Assembly (NCBI GenBank): GCA_002898535.1
Contig: BEHN01000001.1
Span: 261,564-325,563 of the forward strand
Origin: a bacterium HR11
Lineage (GTDB): Bacteria > Acidobacteriota > HRBIN11
Direction: 5' to 3'
DNA: 64,000 nt
Position 1 is the stretch's first letter. Every line of letters begins with the position of its first letter. The position numbers and the translations under genes were made by a program. The notes under the pieces are model-generated. The model saw nothing but the letters and a program-made list of their open reading frames with translations. It ran no database searches and was not told the origin of the DNA. Below, piece after piece: positions 7,946-17,212 of the stretch.

Positions 7946-10288
7946 TCACTGGGTCACGACTTCAAAGGGGACCTGCCGCCGGGCCACGCAAGGCGGGTCG
8001 GTCGTCCGGACCTCGACCTCCAGACGGTAGCCGCCCGCCGGGAGACCCCGGTAGGGAAGCAGGAAGAAGTTCGTGACGACCTCCGGGGCCGAGCCCTGGA
8101 ACTTCAAGGTCGTCGGGGGCGTCTCGTTGACCGGTTGGCCGTCGGCCCGATACAGACGGAAGAGGACCTGCATGGCCTCGGCCTTCAAAAGTGAGGCCGG
8201 GAGCAGGACCTGATAGAGGCCCCCGAGTTGGCCCTGGGGCGGGAAGTTCTGATACGGCGTCAGCCGGATCAGGTAGTTCTTGTACTGGGCATGGCCTCCG
8301 GACGTCCACTGAAGCTGGGGCACGCTCGTGTCGGCCTGCCGGATTTCGCTACTCAGGATGAAGGTCCCGACCTCGGGGCAACTCGTGGGCCGGACGTCGG
8401 GCCACTGCCACCGGGTCGCCATCGTCTTCCAGCCGCCGGCCTCGAGGACGCCCCACACGACGGTCACGCCGGGCTGTTTGATGGACAGGACCTTCGAGTA
8501 ATGGACGGCCGCCTGGGCCTTCTCCAGCTCCGGCAGGTCTTTCAAGGGAATCTGAATCGGCAGACGCTCGTAGCCCTTATCGACGACCTTGAAGTCGGCG
8601 TCCCGGACGACCCAGGCGACGTGGATCTCGTCGTACAGGACGTCCGGCGTCGTCGTCAGGGGCGTCAGGTGCCGAATCGGGACGGCCAGACTCATGTGGA
8701 GGTCGAGCGTCTGGGGCGTCCGCCAGAGATGCCGCAGAGACATCGGGACGTCCGGCCAGGGGAAGAGGTCCGCAAAGTCGAGGGCCGCCGCCAGCTGGCG
8801 GCTCACCCGGAGAGACCAGGGGATTTCGGCATAGGCCCTCCGGGTCCGGACCCTCAGGCCGGGCCGTCGGACCTTCAACTGAATCGAATGGTGCTTGATG
8901 CTGTCGGGAAGCGACCCGAGGTCAAAGCTGATGAGGTAGTAATGCCGAAAGTCGCTCCCGATTTGCTGAAAGAACTTGTCGAGACCCGTCGGCGACGTCC
9001 AGGCCACGCCGCCCGTCTGCTCGGCGATGCCCGCCATCTGGTACTGAATGTTCACGACGTTGAACTCGGCTGTGATCGTGGGCCGGATGTTCGTCTCGGC
9101 GCCCCACTCGGGATTCGGCTGGGTCGGATTGACCCAGTAAATGGTCAGACCCGCTGTGTTGGCCGAGCGGACGATTTCCTCATAGGTGCGAACCTCAGCC
9201 GAGTAGGTACTCAATTCTCGCTGGAACTCCTGCGCGATCGAAACCTCTACCGTGGGGGGAATGTCATGCCGCTGGACGTTCCATCGGAAGGCTTGGAGTG
9301 CATACGACAGGTAGTAATTCCCCGTCGGGTCGAAGCCCTCGGAGACGAATAAGACGCTCTTCCGACCCGGCACGTGGGCCAGAAAGTCAAAGACCGTCCG
9401 GAGGGATGCCTCCAGGTTCTGGGCGACCCGCCGGTCCTCGAGGCCCATGTTGCGGGCCGTATGGAAGGCATCTCGGGCGATCTGCTCGTAGCACATCTGC
9501 CGCCGGTCGAGGTCCTCATAGATGGAGCAACCCTCGAGCCGCTCCAAGATGCCGTCGAGGGTCGAAAGCCGACTGACCGTCCACGCGGCCCCCCGCACGC
9601 CAGCCCCGACCCGCTCCAGGGTCTTCAACACCAGGTCTACGTCTTGGGTCAATCCGTGCTCGACCCGAAAGCCCCCGCTGGCGTCCAGACTCACGAACAT
9701 GAAGTAAGCCCCCATCCGGTGGAGTTCCTCCAAGAACCGGCGCAGGGATTCCTTCAGCGTGGCCAGGGTCAGGCCGCCCGTGTGGGCCTTGTCATACAGG
9801 ATGATGAACGTATTGAAGGGCGTCCTCGGCGGCACGGCGCCCGCCTGCTGATAGGGTCGGACGACCTCGCCGGTGACCTGGACCGGCGGCGGTGCCTCCG
9901 GGGTGGCCGGGGGCTTTTCGACGGCGACGAGGTCCACGTAACGGACGGGATAGGCCTTCCCGTCGACGGTCAGCTCGAAATCTTCGGGCTTGAGGCCGTA
10001 TACGAATTGGCCCTTATCGTCGTAAACGAAGACCTCGACCTGCCCCAGACGGACCTCAACCCGAGCCTGGGCACCCGGGAAGGTGTAGACCTGCTCTTGC
10101 GGGGACGGCGGCTTCGGCGTCTCCTGGGCCGGGACCGGCAGGACGCTCCACAGCCAAAGGGACAGGAGGATGAGGCAGATAGGCAAGTGGGCAGGTGGGC
10201 AGGTGGGACGGTAAGGAGCGCCGGCCTCCGGCCCGTGAGAAGATGACGAGCCGGAAACGGCGCGACGATGGGATGGTATAGGCCTCAT
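7946..10288 (-). CDS. VWA-domain secreted protein (Acidobacterial VWFA-related type)
   Basis: Signal peptide, VYDDKGQFVYGLKPEDFEL, PGRKSVLFVSEGF, IAEQTGG, VRTRRAY; start chosen at ATG 10288 with GGAGG RBS. Confidence 0.8.
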   Translation of the reverse strand: MRPIPSHRRAVSGSSSSHGPEAGAPYRPTCPPAHLPICLILLSLWLWSVLPVPAQETPKPPSPQEQVYTFPGAQARVEVRLGQVEVFVYDDKGQFVYGLKPEDFELTVDGKAYPVRYVDLVAVEKPPATPEAPPPVQVTGEVVRPYQQAGAVPPRTPFNTFIILYDKAHTGGLTLATLKESLRRFLEELHRMGAYFMFVSLDASGGFRVEHGLTQDVDLVLKTLERVGAGVRGAAWTVSRLSTLDGILERLEGCSIYEDLDRRQMCYEQIARDAFHTARNMGLEDRRVAQNLEASLRTVFDFLAHVPGRKSVLFVSEGFDPTGNYYLSYALQAFRWNVQRHDIPPTVEVSIAQEFQRELSTYSAEVRTYEEIVRSANTAGLTIYWVNPTQPNPEWGAETNIRPTITAEFNVVNIQYQMAGIAEQTGGVAWTSPTGLDKFFQQIGSDFRHYYLISFDLGSLPDSIKHHSIQLKVRRPGLRVRTRRAYAEIPWSLRVSRQLAAALDFADLFPWPDVPMSLRHLWRTPQTLDLHMSLAVPIRHLTPLTTTPDVLYDEIHVAWVVRDADFKVVDKGYERLPIQIPLKDLPELEKAQAAVHYSKVLSIKQPGVTVVWGVLEAGGWKTMATRWQWPDVRPTSCPEVGTFILSSEIRQADTSVPQLQWTSGGHAQYKNYLIRLTPYQNFPPQGQLGGLYQVLLPASLLKAEAMQVLFRLYRADGQPVNETPPTTLKFQGSAPEVVTNFFLLPYRGLPAGGYRLEVEVRTTDPPCVARRQVPFEVVTQ

Positions 10289-10408
10289 GGAGCCACCTCC
10301 CGGGGTGCGGACGGACGAAACCCGGCACCCGATCCCTGGCACCTCCATTATAGCGCGGGGGGAATCGTGGGGGATTGGGGACCCGGCGTCGGGTAAGTGG
10401 AGGCGCAT

Positions 10409-10438
10409 GGGGGCGCCGCCGTTCAAGGCGACGCCCCC
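10409..10438. terminator. GC-rich hairpin just downstream of the TonB-dependent receptor gene
   Basis: GGGGGCGCCGCC-GTTCAA-GGCGACGCCCCC; no U-tail on the transcribed strand. Confidence 0.35.
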
Positions 10439-10462
10439 AAAAGAGGGCCTTAGGCGTTCACG

Positions 10463-13400
10463 TTACCAGCTGAAACGCAGACCCAGACGGAGCGCAAAGG
10501 GCGCCGAGCGGCGCGTCACCCGCCCGTAGTCGGGGTTCGTCGGAGCACCCGTTTCTTCGAATTCCAGCATTTCAAGTTCTACGTTCTGCTGGTAATTCGT
10601 CGCCGCCTGCCGGTTGAAGATGTTGAAGGCGTCGACCACGAGGGCCAGCCGACGGCCCCCGCCCAGCTTGAAGGTGTAATCCGCATGCACGTCCGCATTG
10701 AAGATCGTCTCGGTCCGCTTGACCAACTTCCCTTCCGGCGTCTGGATGCCCGTGCCCCGCTTCTGGAGGTACCGCATGCCGCAACCGTACAGAGTGATGC
10801 AACCATTCGGCGCCAGCGGCGTGCCTGACTCGACCGACAGGCCGACGCCCAGGTTCAGGCCGAAGTTAAAGCTGTAGGACCCAAAGATCCGGGCCACGTG
10901 GAGACGCTCACCCGGTAGCGGCCCGTCTATGTACGTGAAGCCCATGATATTGTCGTTCTGGGGGAAGTCATAGAGCGCCGTGATGTTCGGGTCCGACTGA
11001 CCGTACTCGGGGAAGTAGAGACCCGAGTAATGGCCCCGCAGGGTCGCATAGCGGTATGCCGCCTGGACCTGCCAGTTCTTGCTGAACCGCTTCGTGACGG
11101 CCAACTCGAAAGCGTTGTAGTCCCGCTTGGGGTCCGGGAACAACTGACCGGGACTGCTACAACCCAGAACGACTCCAAGGCTTGGGTCGTAAAACTTCAC
11201 GTCATCGCCCGGATTACACACGTACTTGGCGCTCGGGTTCGTCACGACGAAGGTCCCAAAGTCGACGGGCAGACCCGACTGGGATTCGCCCGTCACGAAA
11301 ATGTCCTGGGCCGTGTTGAGCTGGGTGTCCTCGATGACCTGGCCGATCCAGCGACGCTGATAGCGGGCCGACACGACGATATCTTCGAAGACCTGCCGCT
11401 CGAAGCCGACGGTGAACTCGTGCACGTGCTGGGCCTTCATCTTCACGCCCTTGCACCAGGGCTCGTCACTGACCTCCTGACCCGTCGCCTTGTCGATGAA
11501 GGACTTGCCGTCGCACCAGATCGTCGGCGTGGCGCCGTACTCGATGGCCGCGTACTGAAGACTCAGGTTCGTGATGTAGTCCAGCCAGGCGAAGGGGTCG
11601 GCGTTCAGGGGAGCGGCCGAGAAGATATCGATCGACTCTTCCGACGACAGAGACCGGAACACGGCGTCCAGGGGGATCTTCTCATAGAAACGCCCGTAGT
11701 AGGCGTAAATCTTGCCCTTCCGGTCGTTCAGGAAGTCCCACACGAAGCCGACCCGCGGGGACCAGTTGTTCGACAACGTGACCTCCTGCGCTAAGTCGCC
11801 GGCGCCTTTCAGGTGCTGGCGCTCCCACCGGACGCCGAGCTTGAGGGTCAGGTTCGGCAGGATGCTCCAGCTGTCCTGCGCAAAGAAGTTCAGGTAGTCC
11901 GTCGAGACCTCGAGGGTGTTCGGGCTGACCCGGTTCCGCCGTAAGTCCACCCGGGCACAGGGCCGACTAAAGCCGAGAGCCGTGCAGATCCCGCTGTTGA
12001 AAGTCCGCCACCGGATGATATTGCCCGTCGTCGTGCACTTCTCCTTGATCGTCCCCGTCGCCGCATCATAGAACTGGAAGCAGTGCTTCTCGCCCGTGTA
12101 GTTCGTCGTGTGCTCGTACTCCAGCCGCTGGAAGTTGCCGCCGATCTTAAACTCGTGCCGTCCGGCCAGGTTCGGGACGATATAAGTCAATTTTAAAGCG
12201 CCCTGCAGGTTGCGGTTCTTATCGACGGAAGCAAATCCCAGACCGCCATACAGCCGAGACGGCGTCGTCCGGAGGTCGATGATGGACTCGATATTCGCAT
12301 AGTCTTTCTCGGTCGTTTCGTCAAAGTGGTTCGCCACCTGCGCCTCGACCAGGACGTTGGACCCGAACATGCCCGTCCAGCGGCCGACCTGATTGTGACC
12401 GCCAAACCTCAAGGCTTCTTCTACGTTGGCCTGAATGTCCCGCAGGAAGCTCTCGTCACGCCACAGGCCCTTGTCGCCCACGCCGGGGTCGCCAAACAGG
12501 GAGACTTCCAGGATGTGGTTGGGGTTGACGTTGAACGTGAGCTTGCCGGCGTAGTTGTAGATCCGACGGGTCGTCGTGTGACCCGATTTCTCGCAGAACT
12601 GCTCCTCGGGCCCACAGGGGCTCAGGGGGAATCCGGGCGGGGCGACCCGCTCGACCTGATTCCACGTCGGGTCGAAGGCCAGAAACCAGAACAGCTTGTC
12701 CTGGACGAGCTTGCCGCCGGCGTCAAAGCCCACGTCAAACTGCTGGGTCCCGATGGTATAAACCTCCGGTACTTGAACCAGCTGGATGTGCTCCCGCTTG
12801 GCTTCCAGGGCCTTCGGCTGAATATACCCGAAGACGTCGCCCGTAAAGGTGTTCCCGCCCGACTTCGTGATGACGTTGATGACGCCGCCGAGGGCCTCCC
12901 CGAATTCAGCTTCGTAGCCGCCCGTCTTGACCTGCACTTCCTTCACGTAGTCGAAGTTGATGCCCGTCCCGAGCGAACCCAGGACGATGGAGTAGCTCCC
13001 CAGAGCACCGTAAGCGGCATTCGTGATGTTCACGCCGTCCACGATGTAGGTGTTCTCCAGACCCGTCGCACCGGCGATCGAGGGATTCGGCGCCCCGACG
13101 GCCGCCGGACCCGTGACGACCTGCGGGGAAATGTACGTCACGGCCGAGAAGGTCCGTCCGACGGGGACGCTCCGCATCAGTTCGTCGGTCACCGTCGTTC
13201 CCGCCGTCGTGGCCGTGATGTCCACGACCGGCGCCGCCGTGACGACGACCTCGGCCCCCGGCTGGAGCGTCACGTTCAACGTGATCCGTTGGCCCAGCGA
13301 CAGCGTCACCGGCGCCTTGAACGGCGCAAACCCCTCGAGCCGGACCTCGACATCATACCGGCCCGGCGTCAGGAAGGGAATCGAAAATTCCCCGTTGGCG

Positions 13401-13585
13401 TCCGTCACGGCCGAGCGTTTGACGCCCGTCTCGGACGTCGCCGTCACCGTCGCCCCCGGCAGGGGCGCACCCTGCGGGTCCACGACCTTCCCGAAGATCG
13501 AGCCGGTCGTGACGCTCTCCTGCGCCCAGGCCACGCCCCAGGCGACGACGGCCAGGAGTCCCAGCCAAATCGCCATCCTTCGCAT
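10463..13585 (-). CDS. TonB-dependent receptor (Oar-like) with carboxypeptidase-regulatory-like N-terminal domain
   Basis: Signal peptide, GSIFGKVVDPQGAPLPGATVT, EVQVKTGGYEAEFGEALGGVINVITKSG plug, C-terminal LGLRFSW. Confidence 0.9.
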   Translation of the reverse strand: MRRMAIWLGLLAVVAWGVAWAQESVTTGSIFGKVVDPQGAPLPGATVTATSETGVKRSAVTDANGEFSIPFLTPGRYDVEVRLEGFAPFKAPVTLSLGQRITLNVTLQPGAEVVVTAAPVVDITATTAGTTVTDELMRSVPVGRTFSAVTYISPQVVTGPAAVGAPNPSIAGATGLENTYIVDGVNITNAAYGALGSYSIVLGSLGTGINFDYVKEVQVKTGGYEAEFGEALGGVINVITKSGGNTFTGDVFGYIQPKALEAKREHIQLVQVPEVYTIGTQQFDVGFDAGGKLVQDKLFWFLAFDPTWNQVERVAPPGFPLSPCGPEEQFCEKSGHTTTRRIYNYAGKLTFNVNPNHILEVSLFGDPGVGDKGLWRDESFLRDIQANVEEALRFGGHNQVGRWTGMFGSNVLVEAQVANHFDETTEKDYANIESIIDLRTTPSRLYGGLGFASVDKNRNLQGALKLTYIVPNLAGRHEFKIGGNFQRLEYEHTTNYTGEKHCFQFYDAATGTIKEKCTTTGNIIRWRTFNSGICTALGFSRPCARVDLRRNRVSPNTLEVSTDYLNFFAQDSWSILPNLTLKLGVRWERQHLKGAGDLAQEVTLSNNWSPRVGFVWDFLNDRKGKIYAYYGRFYEKIPLDAVFRSLSSEESIDIFSAAPLNADPFAWLDYITNLSLQYAAIEYGATPTIWCDGKSFIDKATGQEVSDEPWCKGVKMKAQHVHEFTVGFERQVFEDIVVSARYQRRWIGQVIEDTQLNTAQDIFVTGESQSGLPVDFGTFVVTNPSAKYVCNPGDDVKFYDPSLGVVLGCSSPGQLFPDPKRDYNAFELAVTKRFSKNWQVQAAYRYATLRGHYSGLYFPEYGQSDPNITALYDFPQNDNIMGFTYIDGPLPGERLHVARIFGSYSFNFGLNLGVGLSVESGTPLAPNGCITLYGCGMRYLQKRGTGIQTPEGKLVKRTETIFNADVHADYTFKLGGGRRLALVVDAFNIFNRQAATNYQQNVELEMLEFEETGAPTNPDYGRVTRRSAPFALRLGLRFSW

Positions 13586-13628
13586 AGATGCCTCCTTTTT
13601 AGAAATGCAGAAGACCTAAGACCCTATC

Positions 13629-13780
13629 CAGAGCCGCTCGGTTCGTGAGAATGACATCAGAACCACCTTTCCCATCCCCCGGGAAGCACGATTTTTCAAA
13701 GGGACGGAGTGACGATGTAAGCCTGCCCGTCGGCCCAGGACCGTGGCTCGTCCCTTCGTCCCTTCAAAAAACCGTCCTCC
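13629..13780. mobile_element. Partial shell-X element carrying a different (GTGACGRA-type) 8-mer cargo
   Basis: CAGAGCCGCTCGGTTCGTGAGAATG...GGGAAGCACGATTTTTCAA arm and AAAAACCGTCCT arm enclose GGGACGGAGTGACG...TCGTCCCTTCGTCCCTT. Confidence 0.65.
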
Positions 13781-14123
13781 GACTCTTTTGCCGCACGCCC
13801 ATCCTCAAATCCCGGCTTCTCGGTCCTCCGCCCCTCCCGGGACCCAACACGTTGTATCCTGCACTTTGGGGGTCTTGATTACAAGCAAAAAGCGTTCCGG
13901 AACGGCGGGCACACCGGGGCCCATCCGGATTCCGCATCAGAGGCCGATCGGGCCCGACCTCCGCCCCAGGCCCTCGACCCGCTCCGACGTCCATTTTTTT
14001 GAATCCCCCGGCAGGGTATCCAAAAAATTGAACGTAGGGCCATGGGCAGATAGCAGAGCCGCGACGCAGGGTCGGACCCGCGTCCCATCGCACCGACGGC
14101 TGATGGATCGGACCGGCCGTAGT

Positions 14124-14152
14124 TTGACAACTGCGGGGGCTTCCGGTACCAT
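14124..14152 (+). promoter_or_regulatory. Sigma70-type promoter upstream of the fae cluster
   Basis: TTGACA-N17-TACCAT. Confidence 0.55.
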
Positions 14153-14284
14153 AAAGCGAAGTGGGGTCGGCTCGTTTCAGCCGCGCGGGGGCTTTCAGGA
14201 CGGTGTCCAACGGAGGTTAAAATTTGTTTTATCCGATTTGTAATCCCAAGCCGACATCAGTCCAGGACGGGATGTGCGCCTTAC

Positions 14285-14409
14285 TTAGAGCGTATTTCAA
14301 AAACTCCATTTCACCGCTGAGACGCCGAGAACGCAGAGAAAAATCGAAGAAACACCCTCGGCCTCTGCGTCCTCTGCGCCTCGGCGGTGAGTTTTGGAAC
14401 AGGCTCTAA
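14285..14409. mobile_element. MITE-like element, shell type Z, with 9-mer CGCAGAGRA palindromic cargo
   Basis: TTAGAGCGTATTTCAAAAACTC ... GAGTTTTGGAACAGGCTCTAA imperfect TIR; inner TCACCGCTGAGACGCCGAG / CTCTGCGCCTCGGCGGTGA. Confidence 0.65.
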
Positions 14410-14480
14410 GGGTCCTGTTAAGGTGAAAGGTCGACGGAAACGGAAGGCCATCTTATGAAATCTCGTCGAGGAGGACGAAC

Positions 14481-14984
14481 ATGGCCAGCAAACTCATGGT
14501 CGGCGAGGCTCTGGTCGGCGACGGCAACGAGGTCGCCCACATCGACCTGATCATCGGTCCGAAGGACGGGCCGGTCGGACAGGCTTTTGCGAATGCCTTT
14601 GTGAGCCAGCGGGCGGGCCACACGGCCCTCCTGGCGGTCGTCGCCCCGAACCTGCCTGCGAAACCTGACGTCGTGATCGTCAACAAGGTCACGATCAAGG
14701 GGGAAAAGCAGGCGGTCCAGATGTTCGGTCCGGCGCAGGAGGCCGTGGCCCGGGCGGTCGTCGATTCGGTCAAGGAAGGGGTCATCCCCAAAGATCAAGT
14801 CGACGACCTGTGTCTGGTCGTCGGGGTGTTCATCCACTGGGAAGCCCAGGACAACAAGAAGATTTATGACTTCAACTACCAGGCCACGAAGCTGGCCATC
14901 GCTCGGGCCCTCAAGGGCGAGCCGAAGGCTGACTATGTGATCCAGCAGGCGGCCACGACGACGCATCCCTTCCGGGGATTCTAA
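14481..14984 (+). CDS. fae: Formaldehyde-activating enzyme (H4MPT-dependent)
   Basis: [19 protein letters not shown] (catalytic His), [26 protein letters not shown]-terminal HPF. Confidence 0.93.
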   Translation: MASKLMVGEALVGDGNEVAHIDLIIGPKDGPVGQAFANAFVSQRAGHTALLAVVAPNLPAKPDVVIVNKVTIKGEKQAVQMFGPAQEAVARAVVDSVKEGVIPKDQVDDLCLVVGVFIHWEAQDNKKIYDFNYQATKLAIARALKGEPKADYVIQQAATTTHPFRGF

Positions 14985-15186
14985 TCATTCATTTATGTGT
15001 CGGGTGCTGGGTGTTCGGTCGGGTGCCCTGACCCGACACCCAGCACCGTCTCGTATCCCGCATCCCGTATCCCGCATTTCGTATCCGGGTGTCTCGGTCG
15101 GAGACTTTCTCTCATAGGGCCTTACCTGGGAGCATGGGCCTTTTCAAGCGTGGTGACGAAGTCCAGGGACGCATAACGAGAGCCAG

Positions 15187-15326
15187 TCTCATCAATCCGA
15201 CGGGACGGGGATCGGACCCTCGATATCCGACCCCAGACCGTAGACCACAGACCATAGACCATGGACCTTAGACCCCGTGGGTCTAAGCCGGTCTGTGGTC
15301 TGGGGTCGATGGTCGGATTTATGAGA
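15187..15326. mobile_element. MITE-like element, shell type Y, with heptamer cargo
   Basis: TCTCATCAATCCGAC / GTCGGATTTATGAGA ends enclosing a GACCAYA run and its inverse. Confidence 0.7.
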
Positions 15327-15378
15327 TCGCTTGGAGGGACGGGATTCAGGTCATGCATGCGTCCTCGGCCTGGGGAAC

Positions 15379-15631
15379 CTAACAGAACCGTTCGGTTCAT
15401 GAGAATGGCGTCAGAACAATCTTTCCCATCCCCCGGAAAGCACGATGTTTCAAGCATTTGGCAGATGGGCCGTCGGCAGATAGGCAAGTCGGCCGATGGG
15501 CCGGTCGGGCGACTGCCCATCTGCCGACCTGCCGATTGGCCCATCTGCCGAGTGCTTGAAAAATCGTGCTTTCGTGGAGGTGCCCTTTCCGCTTCCCATC
15601 GCACTTCTCACCTCCCGAACGGCTCTGCTAA
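15379..15631. mobile_element. Shell-X element with GGCAGRTR cargo
   Basis: CTAA-CAGAACCGTTCGG ... CCGAACGGCTCTG-CTAA; inner TTTCAAGCA/TGCTTGAAA. Confidence 0.72.
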
Positions 15632-15666
15632 GTTGAACGCCCAACACCCGGCACCTGACACCTACG

Positions 15667-16422
15667 ATGGGTCGTCTGGCGGGATTGAAAGCCGTCGTCA
15701 CGGGGGGCAGTAGCGGCATCGGTCGGGCCATCGCGGAGGCCTTCGCCCAAGAGGGCGCCACAGTCTTGCTGACTTATCGGGTCTCGGCCGAGGCGGCGCA
15801 GGAAGTCGTCCAGGCGATTCAGGCCCGGGGCGGCCAGGCCGAGGCTTTCCAGGTCGACCTGAGCACGCGGGCGGCCTGCGAGGCCCTCGTCCGAGAGGCC
15901 CATGCCCGGCTCGGCCGTCTGGACGTCTGGGTCAACAACGCCGGGGCCGACATCCTGACGACGGAGGCGGCTGGGTGGGACTGGGAGCGGAAGCTGGACC
16001 TGCTCTTGGCCGTCGACCTGAAGGGGACGATCGCCTGCTGTTATGCCGTGGCGCCCCTCATGCAGGCCCAGGCCGAGGGCGGTTGCATCCTGAATATGAG
16101 TTGGGACCATGTCCTGTTCGGCATGGCCGGCGAGAACCCCCAGCTCTTTGCGGCCGTCAAGGGGGCCATCTTTTCTTTCAGCAAGAGCCTGGCCCGGGCG
16201 TTGGCCCCGAAGGTCCGGGTCAACGTCCTGGCCCCGGGCTGGATCGAGACCCGCTTTGGAGCGACCGTCGACCCGAAGTTTCACCGCGCTGTCGCCGACA
16301 GCATTCCCCTCCGCCGGTGGGGGCGGCCGGAGGACGTCGCCGCCGTCGCCGTCTTTCTGGCTTCCCCGGAGGCGACCTATCTGACGGGGCAGGCGATCTT
16401 GATCAACGGGGGCGTGATATAA
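15667..16422 (+). CDS. SDR-family oxidoreductase (atypical FxxxK active site)
   Basis: TGGSSGIG, NNAG, VNVLAPGWIET; FAAVK in place of YxxxK. Confidence 0.85.
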   Translation: MGRLAGLKAVVTGGSSGIGRAIAEAFAQEGATVLLTYRVSAEAAQEVVQAIQARGGQAEAFQVDLSTRAACEALVREAHARLGRLDVWVNNAGADILTTEAAGWDWERKLDLLLAVDLKGTIACCYAVAPLMQAQAEGGCILNMSWDHVLFGMAGENPQLFAAVKGAIFSFSKSLARALAPKVRVNVLAPGWIETRFGATVDPKFHRAVADSIPLRRWGRPEDVAAVAVFLASPEATYLTGQAILINGGVI

Positions 16423-16569
16423 TATTCGGGAATTCGGGAGTTCGGGCATTCGGCCGTCGGGCCGTCGGGCCGTTCGGGCGCCGCCCGACTTCCCACGGCC
16501 GGACTGCTGAATTCCCGGTATCCTTCCGCCGACCGCCCCTCATGACCCGAAATTCTCAGGAGGGCGGTC

Positions 16570-16935
16570 ATGGCACGACCCCAATTGAAGGTTTACTCGG
16601 AAGAGGAGATCCAGGTCAAGCTCAAGGAGATGGGCCTCGACGAGTGGTACTACGAGGACGGCTGGCTCCGGCGCAAATACAATACCGACGGCTGGCCGAC
16701 GACCCTGATGCTCGTCAACGCCATCGGGTACCTCGCCGAGGCGGCCTGGCATCACCCGGACCTGTCCGTCACGTGGGGCAAGCTTTGGGTCAAGCTCCGC
16801 ACGCATCACGCCAACGGCATCACCGACAAGGACTTCGAGCTGGCCCGGAAGATCGAAGACGTCGTCCTCTGGCGGCCGGGCCCCGAGAGTGCCCTCGAAG
16901 GCACGCCCAACAAGTTCGTCTTCAGTAAGAAGTAG
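16570..16935 (+). CDS. Pterin-4a-carbinolamine dehydratase family protein
   Basis: AEAAWHHPDL...LRTHHANGITDKDFELARKIE. Confidence 0.88.
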   Translation: MARPQLKVYSEEEIQVKLKEMGLDEWYYEDGWLRRKYNTDGWPTTLMLVNAIGYLAEAAWHHPDLSVTWGKLWVKLRTHHANGITDKDFELARKIEDVVLWRPGPESALEGTPNKFVFSKK

Positions 16936-17212
16936 GTGTCGGGTTGGACAGGGGGGCGTCCGTCCCAACGTTCAGGCCACGTACCCGGGTCCTGGGGACC
17001 GGCGAGGACGGTTTGAAGTCCGCCCTGACTCACGCTACGTCGGTGGGTGGGCAGGACCGCTTGTGGGACAGGACATGTCCGATGTGCGTGTTTGAATGGA
17101 AGACGCTTGCAGGACGGCGAGGACCCGGTGTTTTTCGACGCTGTTATGGGAGTTCACGGGAGGGACGCCGGGCCCGGGACCCGGGACCTGACACTCGGGA
17201 CCTTTTCGTGGG

